Origin: Macrostomum lignano
Lineage: Eukaryota
Length of the DNA stretch: 64,000 nucleotides
Assembly (NCBI GenBank): GCA_002269645.1
Contig: NIVC01000787.1
Span: 43,648-107,647 of the forward strand
Direction: 5' to 3'
The first letter of the stretch is position 1. The number at the start of each line of letters is the position of its first letter. The position numbers and the translations under genes are program-made. The notes under the pieces were generated by a model that was not told the origin of the DNA, did not search any database, and saw only the letters and a program-made list of their open reading frames with translations. Shown piece by piece: positions 37,801 to 50,000 of this stretch.

Positions 37801-38936
37801 GGCATGGTGGTATAGGGGGTAGAGGCATGGGGTAAGGGGGTAGAGGCATGGGATAAAGGGGGTAGAGGCATAGGGTAAGGGGGTTAGAGGCATGGGTTAA
37901 GGGGGTAGAGGCATGGGATAAAGGGGGTAGAGGCATGGGGTATAGGGGGTAGAGGCATGGGGTATAGGGGGTAGAGGCATGGGGTATAGGGGGTAGAGGC
38001 ATGGGGTATAGGGCGTAGAGGCATGGGGTATAGGGGGTAGAGGCATGGGGTAAGGGCGTAGAGGCATGGGGTATAGGGGGTAGAGGCATGGGGTAAGGGG
38101 GTAGAGGCATGGGGTAAGGGGGTAGAGGCATGGGTTAAGGGGGTTAGAGGCATGGGGTAAGGGGGTTAGAGGCATGGGGTAAGGGGGTAGATGCATGTGG
38201 TTAAGGGGGTAGAGGCATGGGGTAAGGGGGTAGAGGCATGGGGTAAGGGGGTAAAGGCATGGGTTAAGGGGTAGAGGCATGGGGTAAGGGGGTTAGAGGC
38301 ATGGGGTAAGGGGGTTAGAGGCATGGGTAAGGGGGTTAGAGGCATGGGGTAAGGGCGTAGAGGCATGGGGTAAGGGGGTTAGAGGCATGGGGTAAGGGGG
38401 TAGATGCATGTGGTTAAGGGGGTAGAGGCATGGGGTAAGGGGGTAGAGGCATGGGTAAGGGGGTAAAGGCATGGGTTAAGGGGTAGAGGCATGGGGTAAG
38501 GGGGTTAGAGGCATGGGGTAAGGGCGTAGAGGCATGGGGTAAGGGGGTTAGAGGCATGGGTAAGGGGGTTAGAGGCATGGGGTAAGGGGGTAGAGGCATG
38601 GGGTAAGGGGGTAGAGGCATGGGGGTAAGTATTAAGCACACCAACCTGATTGTAGACCAGAGTCCAGAAGCCGACATTACCAAAGCTATCAACAGCCTGG
38701 TCAGGATATTGCAGAGTAACATTCAGACTGTACTTGTAATGAGCCTGGCCGTTGCAGGAGATGCTGCTGTTACCACCGTACCGTTCGGATTCCCATATCT
38801 GCCAGGTGCCGAGTGCGTCGGCATAGCTACAATTGGCCGGCGTGTCTGCTGAGCATAGGCCTATGAGAGCGGTAACAGCAGTCAGGAGCAGTAGTTGCTG
38901 AGCTCTGATGGTCATTGCGTTGATTGATAAACTCAT
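34818..38936 (-). CDS. CTSC: Cathepsin C (dipeptidyl peptidase I); exons 38936-38646, 37730-37272, 36434-36091, 35079-34818
   Basis: Signal peptide followed by the exclusion domain DTPANC...GFWTLVYNQ|GFEV. Mature region LPDSWDWRQ|[52 protein letters not shown] and WIVKNSWG (Cys/His/Asn triad). All three introns are GT-AG with compatible phases. Confidence 0.95.
35250..35985 (+). repeat. 29-bp minisatellite in CTSC intron 3
   Basis: (CCTAGAACCCCTGGAACCTACTCAGAACA)n, about 24 copies. Confidence 0.95.
36530..37110 (+). repeat. Purine-rich (plus strand) minisatellite in CTSC intron 2
   Basis: GGCAGACAGGGGAGTGAGA-type variant units. Confidence 0.9.
37122..37305 (-). repeat. 36-bp tandem repeat of the CTSC exon 2/intron 2 junction (5 copies)
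   Basis: Sense unit TTATTGCCAGACAGCTGGGATTGGAGACAG|GTGAGA; potential donors after 37272, 37236, 37200, 37164 and 37128. Confidence 0.95.
37785..38627 (+). repeat. 21-22-bp G-rich minisatellite in CTSC intron 1
   Basis: (GGGGTAGAGGCATGGGGTAAG)n, about 38 copies. Confidence 0.95.
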
Positions 38937-38959
38937 TAAAGTGGGGAAGTTTTGAAAAC

Positions 38960-39680
38960 TGTGGATAATAGGGCGGCACTGTGGACAGTGGGGCGGAGAT
39001 GATGGGGGCGGTAGACTGTGGATGGTGGGGCGGAAGACCGGACGATGGGGCGGCAGACTGTGGATGATGGGGGCGGAATACCGGATGAAGGGGCGGAAGA
39101 CCGGATGAAGGGGGCGGAAGACCGGATGAAGGGGGCGGAAGACCGGATGAAGAGGCGGAAGTCTGTGGATGAAGGGGGTGGAAGACCGGATGAAGGGGCG
39201 GAAGACCGGATGAAGGGGGCGGAAGACCGGATGAAGGGGGCGGAAGACCGGATGAAGAGGCGGAAGTCTGTGGATGAAGGGGGTGGAAGACCGGATGAAG
39301 GGGGCGGAAGACCGGATGAAGAGGCGGAAGTCTGTCGATGAATGGGGCGGAAATCTGTAGATAAAGAGGGCGGAAGACCGGACGATGGGGGCGGTAGACT
39401 GTGGATGGTGGGGCGGAAGACCGGACGATGGGGCGGCAGACTGTGGATGATGGGGGCGGAATACCGGATGAAGGGGGCGGAAGACCGGATGAAGAGGCGG
39501 AAGTCTGTGGATGAAGGGGGTGGAAGACCGGATGAAGGGGGCGGAAGACCGGATGAAGAGGCGGAAGTCTGTCGATGAATGGGGCGGAAATCTGTAGATA
39601 AAGAGGGCGGAAGACCGGATGATGGGGCGGACGACCGGATGATGGGGCGGAAGACTGTGGATGGTGGGGGGGCGGAATAC
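38960..39680 (+). repeat. About 21-bp GC-box-rich repeat immediately upstream of the CTSC start codon
   Basis: (GGGGGCGGAAGACCGGATGAA)n with higher-order duplication. Confidence 0.9.
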
Positions 39681-40374
39681 TGTAAAGATTAAGTCAGAGC
39701 ACAAGGCTTGCTGAAAAAAGGAAAAAATTAAAAAATTAAACATTCTTCAGAACCAAATAATCAGACCCGTTTGTTTTTAAATTTTCGCGAGATATAATAA
39801 TTATATTGTTAGAAAAATAAATTTCAAACAGAACTTGTGGAAGTTTTAGTTAAAATATAAAATAAACAAATAATAAGTCGATTGCTATGAGACAAACTAC
39901 AGAAAAAATTAGTAAGCATTAATAATAGCAAAATATTTGCTGGGGTCATTAAAATGCCATTAATTAATTACGAATGCAAATTATATTGACTGGGATATAA
40001 TAAAATGCACAATAATAATATGCTACTTTGAAAATGCAAATAAATTTAAATTCAGTAAAATTGAACAGAAAAAAGCACCATTTCAAACCATTTCAAACTA
40101 CTGACTGATGAAAATAGTAGTATGTACTGTATAAGGAAATAGAAGTTAGAGACAGGTGATTATGTACTATTAATTTTTCGCGAATACATGCAATATAGAG
40201 ATAAGAGATGGACAGTGTGGCACACAGAGTGACTGTGTAAATTCTAAATAAATTCGCGCACTTGGTAAACATTGATTAGGATGTATAATAATTACGGAAA
40301 TTAGGAATAATTATGGCTAGTCAATTTGTAAAAATAATTTGGGCAATAAATAAATGGTATACAATTAAATCTGC

Positions 40375-40985
40375 GACAGGCGACTATCACTCTTAGCTAC
40401 AGCAGTGTGACTGGCGACTGTCACTCTTAGCTACAGCAGTGTGACTGGCGACTATCACTCTCAGCTACAGCAGTGTGACCGGCGTCTGTCACTCTTAGCT
40501 ACAGCAGTGTGACTGGCGACTGTCACTCTTAGCTACAGCAGTGTGACTGGCGACTGTCAATCTTAGCTACAGCAGTGTGACTGGCGACTGTCACTCTTAG
40601 CTACAGCAGTGTGACTGGCGACTGTCAATCTTAGCTACAGCAGTGTGACTGGCGACTGTCACTCTTAGCTACAGCAGTGTGACTGGCGACTGTCAATCTT
40701 AGCTACAGTAGTGTGACTGGCGACTGTCACTCTTAGCTACAGTAGTGTGATTGGCGACTGTCACTCTCAGCTACAGCAGTGTGACTTGCGACTGTCACTC
40801 TTAGCTACAGTAGTGTGACTGGCGACTATCACTCTTAGCTACAGCAGTGTGACTGGCGACTATCACTCTTAGCTACAGCAGTGTGACTGGCGACTGTCAC
40901 TCTTAGCTACAGCAGTGTGACTGGCGACTGTCACTCTTAGCTAGCATCAAGTGTGACAATTGACTGTCACTCTCAACTACAGTGT
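40375..40985 (+). repeat. 34-bp minisatellite between IQGAP and CTSC
   Basis: (GACTGGCGACTGTCACTCTTAGCTACAGCAGTGT)n, about 17 copies. Confidence 0.95.
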
Positions 40986-41098
40986 ACTGTAACGTGACAG
41001 AGTCTACCAACCCGTCACATTGGTGCATTAGGAAAAGGAATTTCTACTGTAAACAAAAATTGTCCACCCAAAACACAAAGCCACGCAGTTGTAGGCAG

Positions 41099-44000
41099 CT
41101 ACTTGGTATAGAATTTCTTGTTGATTAGGTGCAACAGCAGGTTGACATTGACGCGGGCCCGGTTGAACACGTGAATAGTGGCGGCACCCTCGTGCTGCAG
41201 CCGGAGCAGCTCCTGAAGAGTCAGCTCAACCCTGTCCATCAGCACGCCCATGAAGCGGGCCACCACTTCGAATACGCCGTCGCCAATTTCCGTAACTTCG
41301 AACTGAAGATTTCGGTACTGACCGGGACTGAGGCCGTCGATCTCTTGCACAATGCCCCGCTTGTGCAGCTCGGCGGCCGTGTACTTCACCTGCTTCTGCT
41401 GCTGCTGCTGGCTGCCGCTAGAGCCGACGCGACTGGCCGCGCTGCTGGAGCTTCCGGCGCTGCGAGCCAGGGTGTGCTGACCGCGTACGCAGGCCTGACA
41501 GTAGCTGCGGCGGCGGGCGGGTGAGGGGGAGGTGGTTTTGGTATGCATCTGGCACTGTTGGGCTGTGTCTGACTGTCTGTGTGTGTCTTGGCGGCTGTCT
41601 TTAAGCTAATCAGTCAGTGATTGAGTGAATGAATGAATGAATGAGTGGGTGAGTGAGTGAATGAGTGAGTGAGTGAATGAATGAGTGAATGAGTGAGTGA
41701 GTGAGTGAGTGAATGAGTGAATGAGTGAATGAATGAGTGAGTGAGTGAGTGAATGAGTGAATGAGTGAGTGAGTGAATGAATGAGTGAGTGAGTGAATGA
41801 GTGAATGAATGAGTGAGTGAGTGAGTGAATGAGTGAATGAGTGAATGAGAGAGGGAGTAAATGAGAGAGTGAGTGAATGAGTGAGTTAGTGAATGAGTGA
41901 ATGAATGAGTGAGTGAGTGAGTGAATGAGTGAATGAGAGAGTGAGTGAATGAGTGAATGAGAGAGTGAGTTAATGAGTGAATGAATGAGTGAGTGAGTGA
42001 GTGAGTGAGTGAATGAGTGAGTGAGTGAATGAGTGAATGAGAGAGTGAGTTAATGAGTGAATGAATGAGTGAGTGAGTGAATAAGTGAATGCGTGAGCGA
42101 GTGAGTGAGTGAGCCAGTGGGTAAGTGAGGTCTTACCGAGCATAGTAGTCGGCCTGCTCCTCCTGGAACCGCCGTTTCCAGGCCAGTCGCTGCCTGGTGG
42201 CGTACAGCCTGGCCAGCTCCTGCCTCCGCCTGGCCCGCTTGCCGTGCCACTGCCGGATGTCGTCGGCCAGCTCCCGGAGCAGCCGGTCAACTGACCAGGC
42301 CGCGTCGCCGCCAGCCAGACGATCGAGCGCCTCGAGTACTCGCGATTTCTTAGCGTCGAGCGGCAGGCCGCCCTCCTTCAGGTTGGACCGGGACCGCCAG
42401 CCCGTGCCAGTCCGCACCTGCCGTTCGAGGCGCTCCCGCGATTTCAACAGCAACTCGTGCCGACGCTCCTCGGCCGGCGTCGATGTCGATCGGAGCAGCT
42501 CGTCTAGGGGCTGGTCGGCATGGCAACTAAGCAGAATATCTACTAATAGGCGCTTGGTACGCAGGGCCAAGGTGGCCGGGCCGGTCTGCTCGCTCAGGTA
42601 GTCCAAGTCTAGCGGATCGTGACGCGGCGACAGGTGAAGCGTGACGCGGCCAGACTGAGACGACGACGACGACGACGCGGCCGACAGCAGCGGACGGGCG
42701 CCGTCGGCTACTCGTTCGAGTTCGTCGAGTATCTCAGCCAGCGGGTCGGCCGGGTCAGTCAGGCTTGGTCGAAGATCCAGCAGATCCAGGTGGAGAGTCT
42801 TTTGAAAAGAGTTGATAGGAATGGGGAAATCGGGTTTATGAATAGACTACTGCCAGATGTCTAATGTCAGCTGTGAATAGACTAGTGCGAATAGACTACC
42901 TGTCAGTTGTGAACAGACTACCTATCAGCCGTGAACAGACTACCTGTCAGGTGTGAACAGACTACCTGTCAGCTGTGAACAGACTAATTATCAGCTGTGA
43001 AGAGACTACCTGTCACCTGTGAACAAACTATCTGTCAGCTGTGAACAGACTACCTGTCAGCTGTGAACAGACTACCTGTCAGCTGTGAACAGACTACCTG
43101 TCAGCTGTGAACAGACTACCTGTCAGCTGTGAACAGACTACCTGTCAGCTGTGAACAGACTACCTGTCAGCTGTGAACAGACTACCTGTCAGCTGTGAAC
43201 AGACTACCTGTCAGCTGTGAACAGACTACCTGTCAGCTGTGAACAGACTACCTGTAAGCTGTGAACAGACTACCTGTCAGCTGTGAACAAACTGCCTGTC
43301 ACCTGTGAACGGACCACCTGTAAGCTGTGAACAGACTACCTGTCAGCTGTGAACAGACTACCTGTCACCTGTGAACGGACCACCTGTCAGCTGTGAACAG
43401 ACTACCTGTCAGCTGTGAACAAACTGCCTGTCACCTGTGAACGGACCAACTATCAGCTGTGAACAGACTACCTATCAGCTGTGAACAGTCTACCTGTCAG
43501 GCGTGATTAGCTAAAACTCACCTGCAGATCATCGACAGAGATATGCAGCGTAGGCACAGTCAGCCGGGCCATCTCGCTGTATTCGTCCATGTCAAATTCT
43601 GCTCCAGGGTCGGCAGTCTCGCGGCACTCGGTGAGCAGCAGATCCTTCAAAGACTGATGCCATTCGCGCAGGCTCCGATTGAGACAGTGCAGATGAGAGC
43701 AACTCTCTGCGCCAAAGCCTTTATTAGCCGCGGCTAGTTGAAGCATCTTGGCCACGCTGCCGAGGGTGCGCCGTTGCTCCGGCGTCAGCGGCAACAGGCT
43801 GGCGTCGTCGATAACGTCGTGCGACTCCGGCGAGGCGAGCATCGGGCTAATGAATCGGGTGATAACCTGTTGATTGGAGTGAATTGATTATTTATTGATT
43901 TGATTAATGATTTTGGCATGTCGGCGAAGCTGGTTGGATAAATGGTGAGACAGCTGTGGTATTAACAGTGAGACAAGAGTGAGATTTAGAGTTAGACAAG

Positions 44001-47000
44001 GTGAGATTTAGAGTCAGAAAGGGGTGATATTTAAAGTGAGACATGGATGAGATTGAGAGTGACACAGGAGTGAGACTGAGCGAGACAGGGGTGAGATTTA
44101 GAGTGAGACAGGGGTGAGATAAAGTGATATTTTGGTGAGATAGAGGTGAGATTATGGTGCAACACGGATGAGATATGGAGTGAGACTAAGTAATAATGGG
44201 GTGAGATCAAGTCTGATCGAAGAAACACATTAGTTTAAATGGAATAAGGTCAGATTTAGGAACTCACCATCTGACATGTCAGCTTAATAGCGTCCTTCTC
44301 TGGACAAGTGGAATTCGAGTTAGCCAGCATTGGCACCAGGTATTCGCGAATGCATTTGGCCGCTAACCGAACAGAATAGGGCAGGCGGCACTGGGTGAGG
44401 GCCCGGACGAATTGGCCGGCTGTTTGGCGGAGGGCGCGAACGTTGGCGTCTAGCCGGGAGCGAACCTCCGGCTGCTCAAGCGCCTGCTCAGCCGTCACCT
44501 GAGTTTCAGGAGGAATGGTTCGCAATGGCGACTTGTAAATGGCGATTCTCATGGGGAGGGTAAATGGCGATTCTCATGGGGAGGGTAAATGGCGATTATT
44601 ATGGGGAGGGTAAATGGCGATTCTCATGGGGAGGGTAAATGGCGATTCTCATGGGGAGGGTAAATGACGATTCGCTGTACAGTCCAGCTCTTACCTGATA
44701 GGGCAGACCAGCAGGCACACCGCTCTCCGTCTCCTTCTCGGCCAGCCAAAGCGCGTACACCTCAGCGGGGCTGGAATTCACACACAGACTGGAGTCTCGC
44801 AGACAGGCGCCAACGAGAGGACGAAGCAGAGTTGACAGACAGGCCTGATGGGTAGATAAAAAAGTTATTTTAGCGACACTACTGAAAGTAGCTAATTATT
44901 GAGTGGCTATTCTAGCTACACTACTGAAAGTAGCTGATTATTGAGTGGCTATTCTAGCTACACTACTGCAAGTAGCTGATTATTGAGTGGCTATTCTAGC
45001 TACACTACTGTAAGTAGCTGATTATTGAGTGGCTATTCTAGCTACACTACTGCAAGTAGCTGATTATTGAGTGGCTATTCTAGCGACACTACTGAAAGTA
45101 GCTAATTATTGAGTGGCTATTCTAGCTACACTACTGCAAGTAGCTGATTATTGAGTGGCTATTCTAGCTACACTACTGCAAGTAGCTGATTATTGAGTGG
45201 CTATTCTAGCGACACTACTGAAAGTAGCTGATTATTGAGTGAATATTCTAGCGACACTACTGTAATTAGCTGATTATTAAGTGAATATTCTAGCTACACT
45301 ACTGTAATTAGCTGACAAAATGAGCGTCAATGTAAAGGGCTAATACCTGACCAGCTTTAGACATGCCACTAAGCAGTTTGCCTAGTCCTGGCGTAGGTGA
45401 CAGCACCTCGGCTGGCCGGTAGAGCCTGGCCAGCTCCTGCGGCAGCGCAGAGCAGAACAGCCTCATGTACAAGTACTGCTCACGATCGCCCTCTAGATAG
45501 TTGAACAGCTGCAACAATGGCAGCGACTCCGGGGTCTGCTGCAGCGAGCTAGTTAGATAAACTGGCTGAGTCTGCAGCAGGTGCACTAACTGTTGGTAGA
45601 GCTCGATCTTCTTGGCCTCCTTCTCAACTTGTTGGCGAGTTAGCTGAGATCTATGAAATTTGGTTTTGAAAATTATAGTTGAGTACGTGCACCTTGTGAC
45701 ACTTTGAACGAAAGTGTCACACAACCGGCGTGAGGCATTCCGCCGACTTCCTTGACCCTGAGCAGGCACACACTCACACAGGAGTGTACAGCGGCCCTGA
45801 CTTATCGTTAAGTAAAGTCAGGACATGTACACTCCACCCTCAAGGGAGCCAAATCAATATTTCAATTTAGCCCCAAATCAACGTGACTGCACTTGGAATC
45901 GAACCTGGGCCGCTGGCACAGAGTCCTAGACCACTAGGCTACGGCTACCATCATGTGACTAAAAAAGACGAGACTATAAAAATGAAGATCACGTGACTAA
46001 AAAAAGACGAGACTATAAAAATGAAGATCACGTGACTAAAAGAGCTGAGGCTATTAAAATTAAGATCACGTGACTAAAAGAGCTGAGGCTATAAAAATGA
46101 AGATCACGTGACTAAAATAGCTGAGGCTATTAAAATGAAGATCACGTGATTAAAAGAGCTGAGGCTATAAATGAAGATCACGTGACTAAAAGAGCTGAGG
46201 CTATAAAAATGAAGATCACGTGACTAAAAGAGTTGAGGCTAAAAATGAAGATCACGTGACTAAAAGAGCTGAGGCTATAAAAATGAAGATCACGTGACTA
46301 AAAGAGCTGAGGCTATAAAAATGAAGATCACGTGACTAAAAAAGACTTAAACTATAAAAAAAACATCACGTGACCAAGAGAGTTGAGATTCTGAACTGAC
46401 CATCACGTGATTGACAGCAAACCAGACTCACCCCGACCCGGAACCAGACGACTCCGCACTGGCCGCGGCAGTACCAGAGGCGCCGCCACCGCCTGACCTG
46501 TCGCCCAATAGCCGATTTGAATGCCGAACCACCTCTTGCAGAGTGAGTCGATTTCGAACTAGCAAACCAATTTTTGTGTCCATCTCGCTTAGTTGGCGTT
46601 CAACTTTTTGGCATTGGCGAATCTCTTCAACAATTTCGGCGCGCACTCGTACTAGCTCAATTTCCTGGTGATAGTCCGACCAGCTGTGCTCGGCCGCCTG
46701 CAGGAACGGCCGAAGACTGGACAGCGTCACTGGCCGGCTAGGATCACACAGTCGCTGGTATTGTTGCCGAACCCGACAGCCGCGCCACCAAGCTTGAATG
46801 CGAATAACTCGACGCTCCAACGAACGGTAGAGATTGAGCTGAAAAAGATGTATGACAACATCTATACTTTCGATACATATCGGCTAGCTGAACTATTTTC
46901 TTAGATTCGACTATTTTGACGGTAAAAAATCTATCGTACTACTTGAACTTGTAGCAGTAATATTACAGGGATATTTTATTGTTTCTAGTACGATTCTACA

Positions 47001-50000
47001 ATTAAAATGAATTTTCGATACATATCGGCTAAGAATACTTTCTTAGATTCAAGAATTTCAACAGTAAAAAATCTATTATACTATACTGAAATTTTGAAGC
47101 AGTAATACAACTAGGATAATCGATCGTTTCTTGTATGATTCAGCAGGTAAACGTAATTTTCGATACATATCGACTAGTTTGTTTCCGTATGTTTTTTACA
47201 TCTCGTTGAATTGAAATAGCTAAAATACAAAATTTTATTCTAAAAAATATAAAATCGTACCTGTTCTTTGTAAGCCCGCCTGGCGATAACCATTCTCGCT
47301 CGAGCCTGCATTTGAACAATAACAGACAAATAGCAATTGTAACGCGCTAGTCGCCTCTCCAGTTGTCGATCGCGTTGACAACGACGCCACCAACGCTGGA
47401 TGGCCACAATCTGGTCTAAGCTGTTTGAGTACAGCTGTCGACGTTCTCGAAGACGCCGTCGAACTAAGAAACCGCGCATAGCAGCTTGCAGGGTGATAAT
47501 AAACGGTAAGCTAGTCTCGCGAATTCGACTCTTTCTAAACTCTTCGTTTTCCCGTCTGACAGCCTCTTCGGCTTCCTCGCGAGTTAGCAGCGGCGCCGGC
47601 GGCAGGGCCGGAGGTCGGTCGGACCAGACCAGGCGGCGCTGGGGCAACAGCACATAGAATGGCCGGGTTGGCCAGCGGACAACTAGCACGCTGGGCTGCA
47701 GCAGGTGCGACTGGAATGCGTTGATGGGAAGAACGAATTCAGTTAATGACAGCTGCTACTAGGCTTATAAAATCATTTAACTACATTGGACTTCAGGGAC
47801 CGTTTTTTATAAACTCATTGATGTTAGCCTCAGGAACCGCTATCATAATGTGACTGATACTTCAGGAACCGCTCCTAAAACACCCCACCGATACTTCAGG
47901 AACCGCTCCTACAACCGCACCGATACTTCAGGAACCGCTCCCACAACCCCACCGATACTTCAGGAACCGCTCCCACAACCCCACCGATACTTCAGGAACC
48001 GCTCCTACAACCCCACCGATACTTCAGGAACCGCTCCCACAACCCCACCGATACTTCAGGAACCGCTCCCACAACCCCACCGATACTTCAGGAACCGCTC
48101 CTACAACCCCACCGATACTTCAGGAACCGCTCCTACAACCGCACCGATACTTCAGGAACCGCTCCCACAACCCCACCGATACTTCAGGAACCGCTCCTAC
48201 AACCCCACCGATACTTCAGGAACCGCTCCCACAACCCCACCGATACTTCAGGAACCGCTCCTACAACCCCACCGATACTTCAGGAACCGCTCCTACAACA
48301 CCTCACCGATGCTTCAAGAACCGCTCCTACAACCCCTCACCGATACTTCAGGAACCGCTCCTACAACACCTCACCGATGCTTCAAGAACCGCTCCTACAA
48401 CCCCTCACCGATACTTCAGGAACCGCTCCTACAACCGCACCGATACTTCAGGAACCGCTCCTACAACACCTCACCGATGCTTCAGGAACCGCTCCTACAA
48501 CCCCTCACCGTTACTTCAGGAACCGCTCCTACAACACCTCACCGATACTTCAGGAACCGCTCCTACAACCCCACCGATACTTCAGGAACCGCTCCCACAA
48601 CCCCACCGATACTTCAGGAACCGCTCCTACAACCCCACCGATGCTTCAAGAACCGCTCCTACAACCCCTCACCGATACTTCAGGAACCGCTCCTACAACC
48701 CCTCACCGATACTTCAGGAACCGCTCCTACAACCCCTCACCGATACTTCAGGAACCGCTCCCACAACCCCAGCGATACTTCAGGAACCGCTCCTACAACC
48801 CCTCACCGATACTTCAGGAACCGCTCCTACAACCCCTCACCGTTACTTCAGGAACCGCTCCTACAACACCTCACCGATGCTTCAAGAACCGCACCTACAA
48901 CCCCTCACCGATACTTCAGGAACCGCTCCTACAACCCCTCACCGATACTTCAGGAACCGCTCCTACAACCCCACCGATGCTTCAAGAACCGCTCCTACAA
49001 CCCCTCACCGATACTTCAGGAACCGCTCCTACAACCCCACCGATGCTTCAAGAACCGCTCCTACAACACCTCACCGATACTTCAGGAACCGCTCCTACAA
49101 CCCCTCACCGATACTTCAGGAACCGCTCCTACAACCCCTCACCGATACTTCAGGAACCGCTCCTACAACCCCTCACCGATACTTCAGGAACCGCTCCCAC
49201 AACCCCAGCGATACTTCAGGAACCGCTCCTACAACCCCTCACCGTTACTTCAGGAACCGCTCCTACAACCCCTCACCGTTACTTCAAGAACCGCTCCTAC
49301 AACCCCTCACCGATACTTCAGGAACCGCTCCTACAACCGCACCGATACTTCAGGAACCGCTCCTACAACACCTCACCGATGCTTCAGGAACCGCTCCTAC
49401 AACCCCTCACCGTTACTTCAGGAACCGCTCCTACAACACCTCACCGATACTTCAGGAACCGCTCCTACAACCCCACCGATACTTCAGGAACCGCTCCCAC
49501 AACCCCACCGATACTTCAGGAACCGCTCCTACAACCCCACCGATGCTTCAAGAACCGCTCCTACAACCCCTCACCGTTACTTCAGGAACCGCTCCTACAA
49601 CACCTCACCGATGCTTCAAGAACCGCTCCTACAACCCCTCACCGATACTTCAGGAACCGCTCCTACAACCCCTCACCGATACTTCAGGAACCGCTCCTAC
49701 AACCCCACCGATGCTTCAAGAACCGCTCCTACAACACCTCACCGATACTTCAGGAACCGCTCCTACAACCCCTCACCGATACTTCAGGAACCGCTCCCAC
49801 AACCCCAGCGATACTTCAGGAACCGCTCCTACAACCCCTCACCGATACTTCAGGAACCGCTCCCACAACCCCAGCGATACTTCAGGAACCGCTCCTACAA
49901 CACCTCACCGATACCTCAAGAACCGCTAATTAGAACGTTATGGAAACTACAGTGGCTGCTCCTATTCAACTTCATCAATAGTCACTAATCCGCTCACCCC

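Noticed and set aside
38505-39743. 412-aa ORF as a long N-terminal extension of cathepsin C
   Set aside because: The upstream part is translation of the GC-box repeat. The real protein starts at the signal peptide (ATG 38936 or 38915) and splices at 38646.
40375-40985. 34-bp repeats of CRISPR-like length with a small internal palindrome
   Set aside because: Head-to-tail with no unique spacers, in a eukaryotic context with no cas genes; an ordinary minisatellite.
41505-41548. IQGAP last exon starting at ATG 41548 as in the ORF track
   Set aside because: The preceding exon ends in phase 2. Only the acceptor at 41505/41506 restores DYYAR|YCQAC in frame.
47850-49988. 712-, 518- and 350-aa ORFs
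   Set aside because: Translations of the 32/34-bp minisatellite in IQGAP intron 4, antisense to the gene; the unit simply lacks stops.
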